The translations under genes were made by a program, and so were the position numbers. From Verrucomicrobiota bacterium (GTDB lineage Bacteria > Verrucomicrobiota > Verrucomicrobiia > Opitutales > Opitutaceae), in the NCBI GenBank assembly GCA_025361935.1, contig JANYJB010000006.1, positions 3,344-67,343 on the forward strand: a stretch of DNA of 64,000 bases, read 5' to 3'. The notes beneath the pieces were generated by a model. That model searched no databases, was not told where the DNA came from, and saw only the letters and a list, made by a program, of their open reading frames with translations. Position 1 is the first letter of the stretch. The number at the start of each line of letters is the position of its first letter. Below, piece after piece: positions 57,409 to 64,000 of this stretch.

Positions 57409-57642
57409 ATGTTTTTTGTATTTTTTGCCGAGCAGTGTTATAAATCGTAACTGCGTTTTACGGGATAAAACGGCAGAGTGGTTTGGATGATGACTTGCTC
57501 ATTTCTAGGTGCAATTTCCTGAATTTGCTTATGGCGTGATGGAAAGCGCGGTTTCGGATTTTTACTCAGGATAAGGAGACTCCGGAGACGTTGAAAGTCG
57601 AGGGGGTTGAGCCTCGGTGGCGTCCGGCAGGGGTGCTGTTCG

Positions 57643-58053
57643 TCACGCAACCCATGCGCGGCGTTTAGCGGGGCGGCGTTTGATGGGGCGGCGAGGCTTG
57701 GTGTCTTGCAGCAACACTTGCGCGGGGATGCCGAGGCCGGTGATCAGGTTGCGGATCATGGAAAGGCTCAGACGACGGCGACCGGAGAGAACTTCGGACA
57801 CCTTGGATGCGCTGCCAATGTAGGGAATGAGATCCTTGGCCTTGAGGTCCTGCTGTTCCATGCGAAAGCGCACGGCGGCGAGGGGCGATGGCAGGCCAAC
57901 GGGGAAGTGCTTTTCTTCGTAAAGATGGACGAGCGTGGCGAGAACCTCGGCTTCGTCACCCTTGGGTGTGCCGGGAGTCGCGTCGAAGATGGCGTCGAGG
58001 CGGGCGAGAACGGCGGCGTGATCGGCCTCGGTCTTGATGGGCTTGATGGTCAT
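57643..58053 (-). CDS. higA: HigA antitoxin (HTH-XRE)
   Basis: IKPIKTEADH.A.L, LV..YEEKHFP, RFRMEQ..L...DL, VSEVLSGRRRLSL.MIR.L...LGIP; ATG 58053. Confidence 0.9.
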   Translation of the reverse strand: MTIKPIKTEADHAAVLARLDAIFDATPGTPKGDEAEVLATLVHLYEEKHFPVGLPSPLAAVRFRMEQQDLKAKDLIPYIGSASKVSEVLSGRRRLSLSMIRNLITGLGIPAQVLLQDTKPRRPIKRRPAKRRAWVA

Positions 58054-58060
58054 GGCGGGA

Positions 58061-58354
58061 TCAGATGGTTTGCGCGTTGATTTTGTCGTAATCGGCGTGG
58101 GTGCCGACAAACCGGATGAAGATGCAGCCGGACTGATAGTTGATGCGAACGACGAGGCGGTAGATATTGCCCTTGATGTCGAAGACCACGCGGTTGCCGG
58201 GCAGGACGTCGGCGTGGCGATAGCGGTTTTTGATGTCTTGAAACGAGCGCCATTCGGCGAGTCTGGCCTCGTGATACCAAGCCTTGAGGGGGGCTTCGGC
58301 GGAGGCGTGGACCTGCCAGAATTCCCGCAAGGTTTTGATGGCGATGATCTGCAT
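58061..58354 (-). CDS. higB: HigB toxin (RelE-like mRNA interferase)
   Basis: IIAIKTLREFW, L.AWY, RVVFDIKGN.YRL, IRFVGTHADYDKI; ATG 58354. Confidence 0.92.
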   Translation of the reverse strand: MQIIAIKTLREFWQVHASAEAPLKAWYHEARLAEWRSFQDIKNRYRHADVLPGNRVVFDIKGNIYRLVVRINYQSGCIFIRFVGTHADYDKINAQTI

Positions 58355-58379
58355 GAAGACTGTTCGGTAACGGGGAAGT

Positions 58380-58409
58380 TCAATAAAAATTCCCAATTTG
58401 GGAAGTCAA
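58380..58409 (-). promoter_or_regulatory. higBA promoter with palindromic operator
   Basis: Minus strand TTGACT (-35) overlapping the TTCCCA-aat-TGGGAA palindrome (58390-58404), followed by an AT-rich -10 region. Confidence 0.7.
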
Positions 58410-58458
58410 ATCATACGGGATGATGAACAGCGGGGTGGGCGTCCGGCTTGCAGGCATG

Positions 58459-58489
58459 AAAAAGGCCGGCCTGTTGAGGGCCGGCCTTT
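58459..58489 (-). terminator. Intrinsic terminator after rng
   Basis: AAAAAGGCCGGCC-tgttgag-GGCCGGCCTTT; T tract on the minus strand. Confidence 0.8.
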
Positions 58490-58522
58490 GAGAACAAGAA
58501 CGATTAAGAGAAAGAGAACGAT
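58490..58522. repeat. Family B half copy
   Basis: GAGAACAAGAACGATTAAGAGAAAGAGAACGAT, close to the reverse complement of the left arm at 29749. Confidence 0.7.
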
Positions 58523-58549
58523 GATGGAGCCGCTGAACGCGGCTCCATC

Positions 58550-60304
<1,755 letters not shown>

Positions 60305-60403
60305 GGTGGGTGTGGTCGTGTGTTGTGACGGGGCACCCCTGGTCTTTGGTTGCGGCGCAGGAAATTCCGGCAGAGCGGTCGATATCGAATCCAGGCTTCA
60401 TTT

Positions 60404-61639
60404 TCACGTGAAGTCCTTTCGGAAGCGATAGACGCTTTGAACCAGTCCTTGCAGCAAGCAGCAACTAAGCACAAAGGAGCCACCGTAGCTGATAAAGGGA
60501 AGCGGTATGCCCGTGATGGGCACGAGTCCGATGGTCATCGCGATGTTCACGAAGACATGCACTGCGAACAGCACCGTGACGCCGATGGCGATCAAGGTGC
60601 CGAAGCGGTCGCGGGCGAGCCCGGCGACGCGTATGCCGTTAAACATCAAAATGCCAAACAGACCCAGAACCGTAAGACTTCCCAAAAAACCTTTCTCCTC
60701 GGCGATGACCGAGAAGATAAAATCGTTGTGCGCGACGGCGCGGGGCAGGTAGCCGAGCTGGGCCTGCGTTCCTTGCGTCCAGCCCTTGCCGGCGAGGCCG
60801 CCTGAGCCGACCGAGATGGTGGACTGGATCTGGTTCCAGCCGATGTCGGCGGGATCGTATTTCTGCGGATCAACGAAAGAGATGATGCGGTTGCGCTGGT
60901 AGTCGTGCAGGGGCAGGATGCCGTGCGGCTCGAACTTGCCCTTGTCGTTCATGTAGGAATACTTGTGCGCATCCATGAACTGCGTGTAGTTGTAGCAATC
61001 CCAGGCAACCAAGCTCACGAGAATAAGGAACGCGCCCAACGCAGCCGCGAAAAAGCGGGTCGAGAGGTTGGAGACGTAAAGCATGGAAAACACCACGGGG
61101 GGCAGGACGATTGCCGACTTAAGATCAGGCTGGAGAAGGATAAGGAAGATGGGCACACCCGCAGCAAGCGCCAATTTCCAGAGCGTGCCGAGGGAGTTGG
61201 CGATGGTGCCGACTTTGGAACGCACGAGTATGCCGGCGGTTACGAGCAGGACGGCGGCCTTGACCGGTTCCGACGGCTGGAGGGCGAAAAACCCGAGGTC
61301 CAGCCAGCGCGCGGCCCCAAAACGGTGGGTGCCGACGCCCGGCGTGATCACCAAAACCAGCGCGACGATGCACCCAAAATAGAACCAGTGCGAAAAACTC
61401 AGCCAGAAGCGGTAGTCGATGAGCGAGACCGCGACGTAGAGGCCGGCGCCGGCGGCCAGCCAGACGAGCTGCTTGATCCAGTCGCTCTGCGGGGTGGCGA
61501 GCTGCGCGCTGTAGATGAACGCCACGCCGATGGCGCTCAGGGCGAGCAGGACGACCGGCGAAATCCAATCGAAGCGCTCGCGCGTCGTCGTTTTGAAGAC
61601 GCCGAGAAGGTCGAGAGGGTTGCGCAGGGTGCCGGCCAC
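60404..61639 (-). CDS. rodA: Rod shape-determining protein RodA (SEDS family)
   Basis: GAARWL, QPSE..K, QPDL, YQRNRI, GSGGL.GKG, HNDFIFS...EE.G, PITGIPLPFISYGGS; probable GTG start 61639. Confidence 0.9.
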   Translation of the reverse strand: MAGTLRNPLDLLGVFKTTTRERFDWISPVVLLALSAIGVAFIYSAQLATPQSDWIKQLVWLAAGAGLYVAVSLIDYRFWLSFSHWFYFGCIVALVLVITPGVGTHRFGAARWLDLGFFALQPSEPVKAAVLLVTAGILVRSKVGTIANSLGTLWKLALAAGVPIFLILLQPDLKSAIVLPPVVFSMLYVSNLSTRFFAAALGAFLILVSLVAWDCYNYTQFMDAHKYSYMNDKGKFEPHGILPLHDYQRNRIISFVDPQKYDPADIGWNQIQSTISVGSGGLAGKGWTQGTQAQLGYLPRAVAHNDFIFSVIAEEKGFLGSLTVLGLFGILMFNGIRVAGLARDRFGTLIAIGVTVLFAVHVFVNIAMTIGLVPITGIPLPFISYGGSFVLSCCLLQGLVQSVYRFRKDFT

Positions 61640-61808
61640 GACGTTGAACAAACGGGATGCGCGGGCGGGCGCAATCCGCGAAAGGCGCGGCGCGCGGGTT
61701 TTTTGTGCACGGGGGCGATGGCCGGGCCGATTGAGGAGTTGAGTTTTGCAAGGCGGGCGGCATCGTCCGCTTCTCTTGAATTCAGCCGCTTCCGAGATTT
61801 TTGCCGTG

Positions 61809-63356
61809 ATGCCGGTAACAGGCGCACCGACTTGGTGGACGCTGGCGGCGGCCATTGCTGCCGGGGGAAGCCTCGGGTTTTTGTTTGTGTGGCTGCTCAC
61901 CCGTCACACGCGCCGGGCCGCCGAGCAAAGCGCCGCCGAGCGGCTTGAGGTCGTCAAGCGCGAGGCCGCCGTCGCCGCGCAGGAAATCAAGCAGAGGGCC
62001 GACGAAGAGATCGCCGCCCGCCGCGCGGAGATCAACCGCGAGTTCGACCGCCGCGAGATCGAGAGCGAGGTCAGGCTGCGCGAGATCCGCTCCCACGAGG
62101 AATCGCTCGCGCTCCTCGACCACCAGCTTGAGCAGAAAAGCGAACGCCTCGCCCGCGAGAGCGCGGCGATCAAGCAGGCGCGCGACGCCATCCGCACCCT
62201 TTCCAAATCTCTCCGCAAGCGCCTCGAGGGTGTCTCCCTGATGGATGCCGAGGAAATCAAACGCGCCCTGCGCGAGGAGGTTCAGCTGGAGTGCCAAGAC
62301 GAGTTGCGCGCGTTGAAGCACCAGACCCTCGACCGCTCCGAGCAGGATCTGAGCAACGAGGCCAAGCGCATCCTCATCACCGCGATGCAGCGGCTCACCT
62401 CGAAGCCCAACAACGACATCACCGCGACCATCGTCCAGCTCCCGAGCGAGGAGATGAAGGGCCGCATTATCGGACGCGAGGGCCGCAACATCAAATCCTT
62501 CGAGGCCACCACGGGCGTCACGCTGCTGATCGACGAGTCGCCTCAGATGGTGCTTATCTCGTCGTTCGACCCGGTGCGCCGCGAGATCGCCCGCATCACC
62601 CTTGAAAGCCTCGTGAAGGACGGCCGCATTCACCCGGCTTCCATCGAGGAATTTTACGCCCGCGCCAAGGAGGACGTGGAGCTCAACGTCCAGCAATCCG
62701 GCGAGGACGCCGTCCAAAAACTGGGCATCAACGGCCTGCATCCCGAGATCATCACGCTGCTGGGACGTCTCAAATACCGTTTCTCCTACACGCAAAACGC
62801 GCTCGATCACTCCATCGAGGTGGGCTTCCTCTGCTCCATGATCGCGAGCGAGAGCGGCCTCGATCCGAACCTCGCAAAGCGTGCCGGTCTGCTGCACGAC
62901 ATCGGCAAGGCCATCGAGGGCGATTACGAGGGCAGTCATGCGGCCATCGGCGCGAGTTTTGTGAAGCGCTATGGCGAGACGCCCATTGTGGTAAACGCCA
63001 TCGCCGCCCACCACGAGGAAGTGAAGCCCGATACAGTTTACGCCGGCCTGGTCATCCTTGCCGACACGGTTTCCGCCGTGCGTCCGGGCGCGCGCGCCGA
63101 GTCGATGACGGGCTACATCCAGCGCCTCGAGCGCTTGGAAAAACTCGCGATGTCCATCGAAGGCGTGCAGCAGGCCTACGCCATCCAGGCGGGCCGCGAG
63201 GTGCGCGTGGTGGTCAACCCGCAGAAGGTGACCGACGAACAGGCGAAAGAGTTGTCCAAGGAGCTGCGCCAGCGCATCGAGGCGGAGCTGCAATACCCGA
63301 GCACGATCAAGATCACGGTCATCCGAGAATCGCGGTTTACGGAAACGGCGACCTGA
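61809..63356 (+). CDS. rny: Ribonuclease Y
   Basis: N-terminal TM, coiled coil, KH domain MKGRIIGREGRNI, HD domain GLLHDIGK, AIQAGREVRV. Confidence 0.95.
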   Translation: MPVTGAPTWWTLAAAIAAGGSLGFLFVWLLTRHTRRAAEQSAAERLEVVKREAAVAAQEIKQRADEEIAARRAEINREFDRREIESEVRLREIRSHEESLALLDHQLEQKSERLARESAAIKQARDAIRTLSKSLRKRLEGVSLMDAEEIKRALREEVQLECQDELRALKHQTLDRSEQDLSNEAKRILITAMQRLTSKPNNDITATIVQLPSEEMKGRIIGREGRNIKSFEATTGVTLLIDESPQMVLISSFDPVRREIARITLESLVKDGRIHPASIEEFYARAKEDVELNVQQSGEDAVQKLGINGLHPEIITLLGRLKYRFSYTQNALDHSIEVGFLCSMIASESGLDPNLAKRAGLLHDIGKAIEGDYEGSHAAIGASFVKRYGETPIVVNAIAAHHEEVKPDTVYAGLVILADTVSAVRPGARAESMTGYIQRLERLEKLAMSIEGVQQAYAIQAGREVRVVVNPQKVTDEQAKELSKELRQRIEAELQYPSTIKITVIRESRFTETAT

Positions 63357-63474
63357 GCGGGTTCGCCGTTCTGGATTTTGTCGCACCCTCCGGTAGCTGG
63401 CGTTGAGCGGTCAAAACCGCACGAAAACAGCTTGTGATTAAGCGGCCGGAAGTGTTCAGGTTGTTCCCTTCCTT

Positions 63475-64000
63475 ATGAATAATAAAACACACAACATCCT
63501 TTTTGAAAGTGGAATGCGTTTCCCGTTAATTCTGCTCATATGCGCCTTGGGCGTAAACACCTCGTTCGGCTTCCCCGGCTTTAATCGGCCCACCATCACC
63601 GCCGTGGCGGCCGGGGTTAACAACTCGGTCGTCGATACCGGCGCCCTCGTGCTGAACGGTGCGCACGGCCATCCCCTCCAGCGTTTCGCCGAAGCCGGCC
63701 ATTTTACCGGCTGGGTGGCGGGTGATCTTGGCGCCGACAATTACGGCAGCCGCAGCGGTAATATCGGCGTCGCGGAAGTGGGCGGCGGTTATAATTTCGG
63801 TCCCGTGCAGCTCAACCTCGCCCTGGGCGTGACGAACGCACTTCAGCATACACTGAATGACGGGAAGACCAGTTTCGACGGACGGTATGTGGTGGTGGAC
63901 GCCATCGGCGCGATTCCCGGAACTCCGCTCGTCGGCACTCTCACCGGTTTTGGTCAATGGGGCCAGATCGACACCACGCGCAACGTGCTTCCCGCCGCCA
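63475..64000 (+). CDS. Outer-membrane autotransporter-type beta-barrel protein, 5' part
   Basis: Manual translation open to the window end: signal-like MRFPLILLICALGVNTSFG, then LVLNGAHGHPL..GWVAGDLG..GVAEVGGGYNFGPVQLNLALG amphipathic strands. Confidence 0.6.
   Translation, partial: MNNKTHNILFESGMRFPLILLICALGVNTSFGFPGFNRPTITAVAAGVNNSVVDTGALVLNGAHGHPLQRFAEAGHFTGWVAGDLGADNYGSRSGNIGVAEVGGGYNFGPVQLNLALGVTNALQHTLNDGKTSFDGRYVVVDAIGAIPGTPLVGTLTGFGQWGQIDTTRNVLPAA

Noticed and set aside
58054-58383. 246-aa HigA with a long N-terminus (57643-58383)
   Set aside because: The extension overlaps higB in another frame; HigA homology starts at 58053.
57643-58409. higBA as a third integron cassette
   Set aside because: No GTTRRRY/RYYYAAC bracketing found around it; it has its own promoter and operator.
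63526-63957. 143-aa minus-strand ORF
   Set aside because: Antisense to the more plausible plus-strand beta-barrel ORF starting at 63475.

Overview
GC-rich bacterial chromosome segment. Gene content and order suggest Verrucomicrobia, probably Opitutaceae (inference, no database search run). Mostly housekeeping: rnpB, rpsT, addBA, a 33-aa bS22/COX24-like ORF missed by the ORF track, an AT-richer pilMNOPQ-like operon, polyprenyl synthetase-ECF sigma-anti-sigma, class I fumarase, kdsD, chrA, hemN-queD-sufU-sufS, tRNA-Ser(GGA), nuoB-N (no nuoA), a two-domain thyX, comEC, rarA, rodA-rng and rny. Two small accessory patches stand out. (i) 25.4-28.4 kb: a pair of covarying ~84-bp structured repeats around a probable nifJ/DHOD-like deletion scar, then an XRE regulator with twin operators divergent from a tightly coupled operon of unknown protein, SET methyltransferase and membrane protein. 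(ii) 56.5-58.4 kb: two integron-type gene cassettes with matching core/inverse-core sites but no integrase, next to higBA. At least four families of short palindromic repeats are dispersed through the window; one copy is translated in frame inside chrA and others supply stop codons. No CRISPR array, rRNA, transposase or integrase was seen. All protein calls come from motif recognition by eye.
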